A stretch of 64,000 nucleotides of DNA from an uncultured Candidatus Saccharibacteria bacterium. Its GTDB lineage: Bacteria > Patescibacteriota > Saccharimonadia > Saccharimonadales > UBA7683. The notes beneath the pieces are model-generated. The model did not search any database. It saw nothing but the letters and a program-made list of their open reading frames with translations, and was not told where the DNA came from. Both the position numbers and the translations under genes were made by a program. The stretch spans positions 313,336-377,335 of the forward strand of contig CAZWBG010000001.1 of the NCBI GenBank assembly GCA_964632215.1, given 5' to 3'. The first letter of the stretch is position 1; every line of letters starts with the position of its first letter. Positions 24,514 to 34,079 of this stretch are shown here, piece after piece.

Positions 24514-27405
24514 TTAGACGACGAAGTTAATGATTTTTCGTGGAACGTAAATAGTCTTTTTAATCTGATTGCCTGCAAGATACGGGGCAATTTTTTCATT
24601 TTCTTGAGCAGTTTGTACGACAGATTCCTGAGTGGCATCAGCAGCGACCTCAATAGTGGCGCGTAGCTTACCGTTAACCTGCACCACTAGTTTGATGGTA
24701 TCGGTAGTCAAATCAGCCTCACTCCATTTTGGCCAGCTATCAACATGTACGCTTGAGCTGTGACCTAACTGCTGCCAAAGTTCGTCGGTAATATGCGGAG
24801 CAAACGGTGCGCTACAGGCTACAATTGCCTCGAGTGCCTGCTGCCAGACTTCGTCTTTTACGAGCGAATCCGTCTTCAGCTTATAGAGTTCATTAAGACT
24901 ACCCATAGCTGTAGCGATAGCGGTATTGTAGCGATTCTCTTCAATATCTTCAGTAATTTTTTTGACCATACGGCTTGTTAAGCGACGTAGCTCAGCTTGC
25001 GTAGTCGCATCTAGCTCATCTGCTTTGGCTTCTTGGTATTCTTGTACTAAATTCCAGAGCCGTGTTAGGAACCGAAATGCTCCTGGCACACCCTGTGGAT
25101 CCCACTTAGCACTAAATTCCAGCGGTGCTGCAAACATCAAATATGTTCTGAGCGCATCTGCTCCATAACCGCTTTCAATAATCTCCAACGGATCAATACC
25201 GTTACCTTTAGACTTAGAAAATGCACTACCATCACTGGCCATGACTTTGCCGTTGAAAAGCATCTGCCTGAACGGTTCGGGATTATCAACCAAGCCAATC
25301 TTAGTGAAGAAGCGGGCTACGAAGCGAGCATACAGCAAGTGAGCCGTGGCATGGTCGCCACCGTTGTAGAAATCGAATGGTGCCCATTTGTTGGCAAGTT
25401 CAGTTTCAAAGATCTTCTCCTGATTGTGCGGGTCGAGGTAGCGGTACATATACCAACTACTACAGATGTAGGTATCAAGCGTATCAGTCTCTCGCTCGGC
25501 TACCCCACCGCACTCTGGGCAATCTACTACAAGCCAATCTTTGGCTCTGGCTAGAGCACTGCGTCCATCGCCACTTGGCTGAAAGTCGGTCAACTCAGGT
25601 AGAACCACAGGCAGATCGGTATCTGGAATTAATACCGGCCCGCATTTTTCACAGTTAACGATTGGAATCGGTGCACCCCAGTACCTTTGACGGCTAATGC
25701 TCCAATCTCGCATTTTGTAATTCACTTTTTCCTGAGCAATTCCCTGTTTTACGAGATCTGCAACAATTGTCTCACGAGCCGCAGCAGATGAGACACCACT
25801 GTACTGTCCAGAATCAATAAGCAGACCATCACCTGAAAATGTTACCCCGCCAGTATTTAACCACTGCAAGATGTAAGGAAGTTCAGCTACTGGCCTAAGC
25901 GTCGGTAGTACATCAGCCCCAACCCATTGTGATTCAAAATCTTCATGAGCTTCGCGTTTTGTATCAACCTGCTCCAAGCTACCTAGCTCAAACAATAACA
26001 CCTGGGTGTAAATGTCTCTGTTGACGTCTTTGTGCTTTGCATAGAACTTGCTATTCATCTTGAGCGGTAGAGTGTCTATAAATTTTAGATCAGTATAGCC
26101 CGTTTCTTCTTCAATCTCTCGGCGAGCCGCAGCTACAACATCTTCGCCATCTTCAATACCCCCCATCACAAAGTTGTGCCAGTCAAATTTATTCCATTTA
26201 AGGGTAAGATACGTGCCGTCCGATGGATGCTTAATCAAACACATCACTACATTCCTGGTTGTATCTTTCTTGCCGATTTGAGGTGGATTTTCTTGGTCAA
26301 ATAACTCGGGTGCAACCACTTGCTTTATTGGCAGATCGAACTTCTTGGCAAATTCGTTATCACGTTCGTCGTGAGCTGGAACGGCCATGATGGCGCCAGT
26401 TCCGTAACCAGTTAGTACGTAGTCTGCAATCCAAACTGGAACCTCTTCGTTATTGACCGGATTGATGACATAGCTACCGGTGAAGACACCAGTTTTCTCT
26501 TTGTTCTCTTGGCGCTCTACTTCACTTTTTAACTGAGCTTGCTTAACGTACTCTTCTATTCCTGTCTTTTGCTCGGTTGTAGTGAGTTTTTCTACCAAGT
26601 GATGTTCGGGTGCAAGTACCAAGAAAGTGGCACCAAAGAGAGTATCTGGCCGAGTGGTGAAAACAGTTATGTTCTGAGTACTGTCTTTAATCTTAAAATC
26701 GACTTCGGCACCGATGCTGCGGCCGATCCAGTTCTTCTGGGCAAGCTTGACGCTTTCTGTCCAATTAAGATCGTCTATCGCCTCAAGTAGTTCATCGGCA
26801 TACTCAGTGATCTTAAAGAACCACTGTTTGACTTCTTTCTTCTCAACTAATGGATCATCCGGACCGTCGTGACGCCAACACTTGCCTTCAATAATCTGCT
26901 CATTCGCAAGCACCGTTTGACACTTGGTGCACCACCACTGCATACGGGCATCTTGATAAGCAAGATCATTGCGATACATCTCGCTAAAAATCCACTGTGT
27001 CCATTTATAGTATTCGGGCACAGAAGTTATGATTTCTTTCTCCCAGTCGTTGCTCCAACCCATCGCTTTGTACTGTTTATGATAGCTCGGGATAATAGTT
27101 GCCATACTCTCCTGCGGCGAGACACCAGCTTTAATAGCGTAGTTCTCGGCAGGTAAACCAAAAGAATCCCAGCCGATAGGGTGATAACTTTCGTAACCTT
27201 GCTGACGCTTAAAGCGAGCTTTTACATCGCTGATGGTGTAGTTCATAGCGTGACCAATATGAATACCAGCACCACTCGGATAGTTAAACATGCTCAGAGC
27301 CATATATTTTGGCTTATCGCTTTTTAAGTTGGCAGTGTAGACATTTGTCTCACTCCAAATAGCTTGCCATTTCGGTTCAATCTCTTTTGGGTTATATCGT
27401 CGCAT
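24514..27405 (-). CDS. leuS: leucine--tRNA ligase carrying an inserted Nudix domain
   Basis: HIGH motif (GIHIGHAMNY), CP1 editing motif TRPDTLFGATF, KMSKS-like FSKSKGN. Residues about 383-517 contain a complete Nudix box. Confidence 0.9.
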   Translation of the reverse strand: MRRYNPKEIEPKWQAIWSETNVYTANLKSDKPKYMALSMFNYPSGAGIHIGHAMNYTISDVKARFKRQQGYESYHPIGWDSFGLPAENYAIKAGVSPQESMATIIPSYHKQYKAMGWSNDWEKEIITSVPEYYKWTQWIFSEMYRNDLAYQDARMQWWCTKCQTVLANEQIIEGKCWRHDGPDDPLVEKKEVKQWFFKITEYADELLEAIDDLNWTESVKLAQKNWIGRSIGAEVDFKIKDSTQNITVFTTRPDTLFGATFLVLAPEHHLVEKLTTTEQKTGIEEYVKQAQLKSEVERQENKEKTGVFTGSYVINPVNNEEVPVWIADYVLTGYGTGAIMAVPAHDERDNEFAKKFDLPIKQVVAPELFDQENPPQIGKKDTTRNVVMCLIKHPSDGTYLTLKWNKFDWHNFVMGGIEDGEDVVAAARREIEEETGYTDLKFIDTLPLKMNSKFYAKHKDVNRDIYTQVLLFELGSLEQVDTKREAHEDFESQWVGADVLPTLRPVAELPYILQWLNTGGVTFSGDGLLIDSGQYSGVSSAAARETIVADLVKQGIAQEKVNYKMRDWSISRQRYWGAPIPIVNCEKCGPVLIPDTDLPVVLPELTDFQPSGDGRSALARAKDWLVVDCPECGGVAERETDTLDTYICSSWYMYRYLDPHNQEKIFETELANKWAPFDFYNGGDHATAHLLYARFVARFFTKIGLVDNPEPFRQMLFNGKVMASDGSAFSKSKGNGIDPLEIIESGYGADALRTYLMFAAPLEFSAKWDPQGVPGAFRFLTRLWNLVQEYQEAKADELDATTQAELRRLTSRMVKKITEDIEENRYNTAIATAMGSLNELYKLKTDSLVKDEVWQQALEAIVACSAPFAPHITDELWQQLGHSSSVHVDSWPKWSEADLTTDTIKLVVQVNGKLRATIEVAADATQESVVQTAQENEKIAPYLAGNQIKKTIYVPRKIINFVV

Positions 27406-27447
27406 ACTAACTAGTGTAACAGATTAGGATACTAGAATTCTACAACC

Positions 27448-28152
27448 CTATTCCAATTCGGTAATAACAGCTACGTTTGCAGCCTTTGCTAAAGCTCGTT
27501 GCCTACGAATTTTGCGACGTTCACGCTCACTCATACCACCCCAAATGCCAAACTTCTCACTATTACTAAGCGCATACTCCAGGCACTCTTCACGAACAAT
27601 ACAGCCCCTACAAACTTCTTTCGCTTCACGAGTACTTGCTCCTCTTTCGGGAAAGAAAAGAATAGGGTCAACTCCTAAGCAGTTTGAGTAGTCCTGCCAT
27701 ACCTTCTCATCCTCTTCTGATTTATTTGATTCTACGGTCGCAAAGGTCTTTGAGGTCTTTGAGAGCTTTGACTGTTTTTGCTTTGATGGCTTAGGCTCAT
27801 TAATCTCTGTCTGAAATTGTGGTACAGCGCCGGAACCGTAGAAATAATGACTCAATGAACCAACTGCGGCCTGTGTGTGCTCATTGGTTAAGTATTTTTC
27901 ATCATTCATGGCTTTTTGTAGAGCACGCTTTACACTTGCATTTGTTATCTGAGTTTTTGGATCGTCCTCAGGCGCGACTTCCAAAAAGGCCATGCACTCC
28001 GCAAGAACATGGATACTCTCCGGATCGTCAGCCCTAAGCAAGGCATCTGTAATTTGCCTCACGACCGCTAAGTCAGTAGTCGCCGATCTATGCTCTGCCT
28101 CCAAAGTAGTCGTTTCTCCATAGTTGATGCCATAAAGTATTTCTTTTGCCAT
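27448..28152 (-). CDS. WhiB-like (Wbl) Fe-S transcription factor with a 150-aa N-terminal extension
   Basis: C-terminal C-x25-C-x2-C-x5-C followed by GIWGG and the basic tail RRKIRRQR. Confidence 0.7.
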   Translation of the reverse strand: MAKEILYGINYGETTTLEAEHRSATTDLAVVRQITDALLRADDPESIHVLAECMAFLEVAPEDDPKTQITNASVKRALQKAMNDEKYLTNEHTQAAVGSLSHYFYGSGAVPQFQTEINEPKPSKQKQSKLSKTSKTFATVESNKSEEDEKVWQDYSNCLGVDPILFFPERGASTREAKEVCRGCIVREECLEYALSNSEKFGIWGGMSERERRKIRRQRALAKAANVAVITELE

Positions 28153-28241
28153 AGGACCCTCCTTTTTTAGCTTGCAGACAGTGTAGTCCTAAATTTAATA
28201 TTTGCCAAGCATAAGCATTTTATTATATAGATATACTTCAC

Positions 28242-29411
28242 ATGCCTCGACTTAAAAATGTTAAACTACGTGTAATGAAGCTACTGAGTAAAAGACAATT
28301 TACTGTCATGAACCGTGTAGAACTTTCCCGCGATGCGCTCCTGCATAATTTACGTCTGCTTACCAAAATAAGTGACGACAAAAGCTGCATACCCGTTCTT
28401 AAGGCCAATGCCTATGGACACGGGCTCGTAGAAGTCGTAAGAATACTTGCTAATTCAGGTGCAAAGCTCGTAGCAGTAGACGGCTACCACGAAGCGCTCA
28501 CCGTGCGTAAAACAAACACCCGACAGAGAATTTTGGTTATGGGAGCCATTGACCCTGCTAATTTTGCACAGCTACGCACTGAGCAAACTTCTTTCGTGGC
28601 ACACGATTTTGACTCGCTAGCAGGCTGGGCCGCAACCAGGCGAAAGGTTAATTTGCATTTAGAATTTAATACTGGCATGAATCGACAAGGTTTTAACGAA
28701 TCAGATTTACCACATATTATAGAGCTCATACATCAACATCCCCAGCTCAAAGTAGAGGGAATCATGAGCCACTTGGCTGATGCCGATAACGCTACGAGTG
28801 AAAGCTTTACTACGAAGCAGGCGCAACAATTTGATGCAATCGTGAAGATTTGTCTTGAGAACGGACTTACGCCCAAGTACATACACCTAGGCCAAAGTGC
28901 TGGGCTCACAAAAGTACATTCTTGTTATGCTAATGCTATCCGGCCAGGTATTGCCCTATATGGCATTAACCCACTCAGCAAGAATGATAAAAAATTTGAG
29001 AAACTTGAGCAGACGAAGCCAGTCCTAAGACTTATTAGTCGCGTTGGAGAAATACGCGAATTATCTGTTGGTGAAGGCATCAGCTACAACATCACCTACA
29101 AGGCAAGTCAGCCAACAAAGATTGCAGTTATTCCCCTAGGCTACTACGAAGCTCTTCCACGCACACTCAGTAATAAAGCAAAACTCTCCGTGAAAGGCGT
29201 ACCCTGCCCAATACTCGGTAGAGTTTGCATGAACCACACCATGATTGACGTAACAGGTCTTGAGGTTTCCGTTGGAGACGAAGTAGAAGTCATCAGTGAT
29301 CAGCGCAAGCAGCCCAATAGTCTACAGTCCCTGGCCGACCAAACTGGCCTACTCAACTATGAATTTATGGTACACATAAACTCCAGCATCCGCCGGGTTA
29401 TTATAGATTAG
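28242..29411 (+). CDS. alr: alanine racemase
   Basis: PLP site VLKANAYGHG and typical C-terminal barrel motifs. Confidence 0.85.
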   Translation: MPRLKNVKLRVMKLLSKRQFTVMNRVELSRDALLHNLRLLTKISDDKSCIPVLKANAYGHGLVEVVRILANSGAKLVAVDGYHEALTVRKTNTRQRILVMGAIDPANFAQLRTEQTSFVAHDFDSLAGWAATRRKVNLHLEFNTGMNRQGFNESDLPHIIELIHQHPQLKVEGIMSHLADADNATSESFTTKQAQQFDAIVKICLENGLTPKYIHLGQSAGLTKVHSCYANAIRPGIALYGINPLSKNDKKFEKLEQTKPVLRLISRVGEIRELSVGEGISYNITYKASQPTKIAVIPLGYYEALPRTLSNKAKLSVKGVPCPILGRVCMNHTMIDVTGLEVSVGDEVEVISDQRKQPNSLQSLADQTGLLNYEFMVHINSSIRRVIID

Positions 29412-30712
29412 TTTGCAGTCAGCACTTTTTTGAGAGTCTGCAGAATCTGCTCAAATTTTGTATCGTCTGATTCTAAGAGAGTCATGCGGAAGCCTGGAAC
29501 ATGACTATTGAAGCCAGTCGTGAGTGGTACGACACAGATACCCGTGCTAGCCATGAGTTGGTAGCAAAAACGTTTGTCAAACTCATCAGCCTTGATATTT
29601 TGTAGCTCACCATCCAGTAACTTTTGAGCCCCGGGGTTATCAGCTTTAAGATGCGGTAGCTGCTTAAGTAACCCTTCATCAAACGCGACTACCAAATAAA
29701 AAGCACCTTTCGGCTCTACAACCTGAACGCCTGGGATATTGTCAAGAATCTCTACTGCTTTTTGTGCCCGAACCTTGTAGTGGTCTCGCCGAACTTGAAG
29801 GTGGGGTTGGTAGCGCACATCGCTAAGAATTTTTGGCAAAACTGTTTGCGGCAATGTAGTTGAGCAGACTTCAATCATCTTTGCCTCTTCTATAGAACGA
29901 GCATAACGGGCAAAAGCTGGATCAGCATCAATATTATAGAACTCCACCCAGCCACAACGACTACCCGGCCACGGCACTTCCTTAGAAAGTCCTCGCATGA
30001 TCATAGTTGGCACACCATCTGCGAGCTGAGCCAGAGATGTAAAATCATCTGAATCATAAGCGAGGTTGGCGTAAATTTCATCTGCTACCAAATACAGATC
30101 GAATTCTTTAGCAAGACCTACAAACTCTTCCAGAATCTCTTTTGGATAAATCATTCCTGTCGGATTATCTGGGTTAATAATCAGAAGGCCCGCAATCTGT
30201 GGATTATACGTAACTTTGTTTCTGATATCAGCCATATCTGGTAGCCAGTTGTTATGCGGATCGAGGTTATAGGTTAGATGACGCGAACGAGCGTGAGCTC
30301 CCTCTACCGAAGAGTGTGTGGGATAAGCTGGGTTGGGGCCAAGCACTCGAGCAATCGGGTTGATCCAAGTGTGAATCTTAGTGATAGCATCGCCAAGTCC
30401 GTTGAAAAACAGAATATTCTCAGGCGAAAGTTCGACACCGTTTTCTTGACTACGAGTCTTTGCTAAGTATTCCCGAGCCTCAGGAAGACCTTTCGTCGGT
30501 GAATAAGCGTAGGAGTTGGACATGTTCTTAGCCTCATCGGCCACGATGTCGCGGATCCACTCCGGAATCTGCTCACCCTTTGCCACAGGGTCGCCTATAT
30601 TTTCCCAAATTATTTCTATACCTGTTTTTTCAAGCTTAGTTGCAAACTCAACAATACCCCTAATTTCGTACTGCAACTCGCCTGCACCAGGGTGGACAAT
30701 ATCAACTCGCAT
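29408..30712 (-). CDS. class I/II PLP-dependent aminotransferase (alanine/aspartate type)
   Basis: 434 aa with the PLP-lysine context RGLSKE. Confidence 0.75.
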   Translation of the reverse strand: MRVDIVHPGAGELQYEIRGIVEFATKLEKTGIEIIWENIGDPVAKGEQIPEWIRDIVADEAKNMSNSYAYSPTKGLPEAREYLAKTRSQENGVELSPENILFFNGLGDAITKIHTWINPIARVLGPNPAYPTHSSVEGAHARSRHLTYNLDPHNNWLPDMADIRNKVTYNPQIAGLLIINPDNPTGMIYPKEILEEFVGLAKEFDLYLVADEIYANLAYDSDDFTSLAQLADGVPTMIMRGLSKEVPWPGSRCGWVEFYNIDADPAFARYARSIEEAKMIEVCSTTLPQTVLPKILSDVRYQPHLQVRRDHYKVRAQKAVEILDNIPGVQVVEPKGAFYLVVAFDEGLLKQLPHLKADNPGAQKLLDGELQNIKADEFDKRFCYQLMASTGICVVPLTTGFNSHVPGFRMTLLESDDTKFEQILQTLKKVLTAN

Positions 30713-30713
30713 A

Positions 30714-31886
30714 TTAGAATTGCTTCAGATAATTAGTATTGAAACTTGTGATGATCTTTTGGTTAGATTGCCAACGAACTTCTGCATATTCAATCAACCT
30801 TTTGACTAGCTCCACGCTTGATACACCGGCTTGATGCCAGTTATGACGATAGAGATCACCCGGTAAGGGGTTGATTTCATTAAAGAATACTTCACTTGTC
30901 TTGTTATCAATTAGCATATCTACGCGAGCCGTACCACTGCAACCTACTGTCCTATAAACATTGAGACCCAGATTCACAGCGGAGTCATATATTTTCTTGG
31001 GCACATCAGCAGGAAGTTTGCTATAGCCCTGGGCGCCCTGCTTACCCTTGCCGCCTTTCTTGCCACCATTCATATACTTTGTCTCAAAATCGAAGAAATC
31101 TTCATCAGTAAGTAAGGGTTGCTCTAACAAGCCTGGAATCGGATCTTCATTCCCCATAATCGGCAGTGTCACCTCGATTAAGTTTTGGACGCCCTGCTCA
31201 ACAATGACCTTATTATCGTAGTGAGCGGCCACTTCTAAGGCGTTGGTGAGCTGTTCTTTACCGTCTACCTTGGTAATGCCGATGCTTGATCCGAGATGTG
31301 CAGGCTTTACGAATAACGGATACTTAAGTTCCTCAATCTTTTTTAAGATATTCTGATGACTACGCTCAAGATCACGAGAGTAAAACCATACCCATGGCGT
31401 GCTTGGTATCAGTGCCGACTGCGTTACTTGCTTAGAAAGCACCTTATCCATGGCTACAGCACTGGCTGCGACATCACACCCAACATAGGGAACATTAGCC
31501 ATCTCTAAAATACCCATTAAATCACCATCTTCTCCGTGAGTACCATGCATAGCAGGGAAAACTAGATCAATCTTTTTATATTTCTTACGCCCGGCAAGCT
31601 GACTTGATTTTACAAGTGTTAAGCCGTCGTCAAATAAAATATGTACTTTTGGGGCTTTGCGCATAAAATCTTCAATGCCACCACTTTGAAACAATGAAAT
31701 ATCCTTAAGTTTTTGATCCCAATACCAACTACCGTCCTTCGAGATATAAATAGCTTCTACCTGATAATCACCCGTTAACTCTAGCGGCTTTACAATACTG
31801 GCAAGCGCTGTGACGATAGAAACATCATGCTCGGTTGAACGTCCGCCAAAGATAACAGCGATAGTCTTCATGTCACTAGTATACAA
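30714..31886 (-). CDS. ddl: D-alanine--D-alanine ligase
   Basis: GGRSTEHDVS, the ATP-grasp motif and C-terminal FNEINPLPG. Confidence 0.85.
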   Translation of the reverse strand: MYTSDMKTIAVIFGGRSTEHDVSIVTALASIVKPLELTGDYQVEAIYISKDGSWYWDQKLKDISLFQSGGIEDFMRKAPKVHILFDDGLTLVKSSQLAGRKKYKKIDLVFPAMHGTHGEDGDLMGILEMANVPYVGCDVAASAVAMDKVLSKQVTQSALIPSTPWVWFYSRDLERSHQNILKKIEELKYPLFVKPAHLGSSIGITKVDGKEQLTNALEVAAHYDNKVIVEQGVQNLIEVTLPIMGNEDPIPGLLEQPLLTDEDFFDFETKYMNGGKKGGKGKQGAQGYSKLPADVPKKIYDSAVNLGLNVYRTVGCSGTARVDMLIDNKTSEVFFNEINPLPGDLYRHNWHQAGVSSVELVKRLIEYAEVRWQSNQKIITSFNTNYLKQF

Positions 31887-31896
31887 TTAATCACCT

Positions 31897-33336
31897 TTAA
31901 TTGTAATTATCTGTCCAGTCATTTTGCATAAGCACAAGGTCCCCAGCAGCAACCGAATGTTCAAGTCCTTGATAAAATCCCAACGGATCGGACTCTATCT
32001 TAATTTCCCCTGTAAACTTATGGGTCTGTAAATACCTACTGATGATATTTGTGGCAGAATTATCCATCAAGACCACCTTGTCTGGAGAGGCATCAATTAT
32101 TGCCTGAGCTATCTTCTCATGCACCGCATGGGTTTCCTCGCCCTGATCAACCAATCCCGGAGTAACGTAAATTTTGCGCTTAGCCTCGAGCTCAGACAGT
32201 AGCTTCAGCCCAGCAAGGATACCTTCAAGGTTGCCATTGTAGGTATCATCTATTACCCAAGCACCACCTAGCATAAAAGGCTGCATCCTATGCTCAAAAG
32301 GGATCGTCTTGGCGACACCACTCTCAACTTCACTCAAAGTTAGTCCAAGCTCAGCAGCAAGAGCCGCTACTAACCCAAGGGGAGCTACTTGGTGTCTTCC
32401 AAGCAATCCACTTTTGATATGCATTTTTCTGACACCATCTTTCATAACGAACGATACGCCTTCGATCGTCGTTTCAACTTTAGAAATCCTCCAGCCCAAT
32501 ACGCTATCCTCAGAAAAAGTTAGGTCTTTAGTTTGTATATATTTATGAATCAAAGATGAATCATAGGAAATGAATAGCTTGTCATTATTTATAAAATCCC
32601 TTAATGAGAAAAGGTCGCGAGCTAGTGTATCGAGTGTCTCGTAGTGATCTAGGTGGTTCGGCGCAAGGCCTGTAATAATCCCGTACTCTGGGTGCGTAGT
32701 TTGTGCGAAATGCTCAATATCTCCAGGTGCACCTTCACCATATTCAATTACTAAAATTTCTTCATCTCCCTTGAGTTTTGAGATAAATCTGGCGTGAGCT
32801 ATCGGTGTATTCATATTACCTGGGGTTATCGCAATGTTAAATTTCTCAGAAAGAACGGTTGCAAGCAACTCCTTCATCGTAGTTTTACCATAACTACCGG
32901 CTACAGCAATCTTAATTGCTCGGTGATTTTTAAATAGTTCTTTGCTCTTTGCAACGATTCTTTGCTGGCTTGGTTTGGCTATTAGCCCATAGGATAAGCC
33001 GATAGTAATCACTAAAATACCTATTGTTGACAAAGGTGATATAAGCACAAAGAGTACTATCGACATTAACATAGCTATACCACTCCAAGCACTTAATCCG
33101 ATATACACACCGAAGCCGATAGTTGTAAACCAGACAATATAAGTAAAAACTGCTAGCGACAGAGCTCTCTTGGTGAGTACTAACTTTTTACGGTGCATTA
33201 CTCTCAGCAAGTTTGGACTTCTACGAATCCATTCAATGAACTTTCGTTGATCATACTCAACCTGTTGCAACATATACACAGCGTAGAGTGGCATCTTAGG
33301 TGAAAATAATGATAGATAGAAAATTACGTCTTTCAT
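31897..33336 (-). CDS. Mur ligase family protein (MurF-like) with an N-terminal multi-TM domain
   Basis: About 125 hydrophobic N-terminal residues, then AVAGSYGKTTMKE and Mur ligase middle and C-terminal domains. Confidence 0.7.
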   Translation of the reverse strand: MKDVIFYLSLFSPKMPLYAVYMLQQVEYDQRKFIEWIRRSPNLLRVMHRKKLVLTKRALSLAVFTYIVWFTTIGFGVYIGLSAWSGIAMLMSIVLFVLISPLSTIGILVITIGLSYGLIAKPSQQRIVAKSKELFKNHRAIKIAVAGSYGKTTMKELLATVLSEKFNIAITPGNMNTPIAHARFISKLKGDEEILVIEYGEGAPGDIEHFAQTTHPEYGIITGLAPNHLDHYETLDTLARDLFSLRDFINNDKLFISYDSSLIHKYIQTKDLTFSEDSVLGWRISKVETTIEGVSFVMKDGVRKMHIKSGLLGRHQVAPLGLVAALAAELGLTLSEVESGVAKTIPFEHRMQPFMLGGAWVIDDTYNGNLEGILAGLKLLSELEAKRKIYVTPGLVDQGEETHAVHEKIAQAIIDASPDKVVLMDNSATNIISRYLQTHKFTGEIKIESDPLGFYQGLEHSVAAGDLVLMQNDWTDNYN

Positions 33337-34079
33337 AGTAAAAATTTCCTCATACTTTCTGCAACCTGTTGACTATCCCTTTGGTGAATCCAGTGATCTT
33401 GACCTGGAGTAACTATCAGTTTCGAGTCCGGTATCAGTGCAGCGAGTCTTTGACCCATCGAAGCTGGCGTATGACTATCCACCTCCCCGTATATTAGTAG
33501 TACAGGACACGTAATCTTCGGCGCATACGTCTGGATGTCGGTTATTAGAAGTTTATTAATTATCTTTTTATGAACTGGTCGAAGATCAGTGCTATAGTCA
33601 GACCCTACTTTCTTATATAGCTTGTTCTTTACGGATCTTGGCACGAGTTTACGCAGTGGCTTTACTCCATACCGTAATACTTGCTTGAGGAAGTGCTGAT
33701 CACTTCTGACGCCAGCAGATGCAAGCAGTACGAGTTTTTTAGGTTGTAATATCTTCTCACCAATCGCATAGATTTCGATCTGTCCACCCATAGAGTGGCC
33801 TACGAGTGAGTACTCTTTTATTCCGAGCTTTCCTAAGAATGAACTTAAAAAATGGGCATAGGAATTCAAATCTATTACCTCATCAGACTGTTGACTAGCA
33901 CCGAAGTTTGGTAGATCCAGTGCTATGCATCGGAAATTACTCTTCAATTCATCTATAAGAGCCGTGAATGTCATACCACTATCAAGCCACCCATGGACAA
34001 ATATAAGAACCGGGCCATTACCTTCATCGGTATATCGGATTGCAAGATTATCAGTTATGATTTCCTTGGCTTTAGGCAT
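33333..34079 (-). CDS. alpha/beta hydrolase
   Basis: HGW oxyanion region and nucleophile elbow GHSMGG. Confidence 0.75.
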   Translation of the reverse strand: MPKAKEIITDNLAIRYTDEGNGPVLIFVHGWLDSGMTFTALIDELKSNFRCIALDLPNFGASQQSDEVIDLNSYAHFLSSFLGKLGIKEYSLVGHSMGGQIEIYAIGEKILQPKKLVLLASAGVRSDQHFLKQVLRYGVKPLRKLVPRSVKNKLYKKVGSDYSTDLRPVHKKIINKLLITDIQTYAPKITCPVLLIYGEVDSHTPASMGQRLAALIPDSKLIVTPGQDHWIHQRDSQQVAESMRKFLL

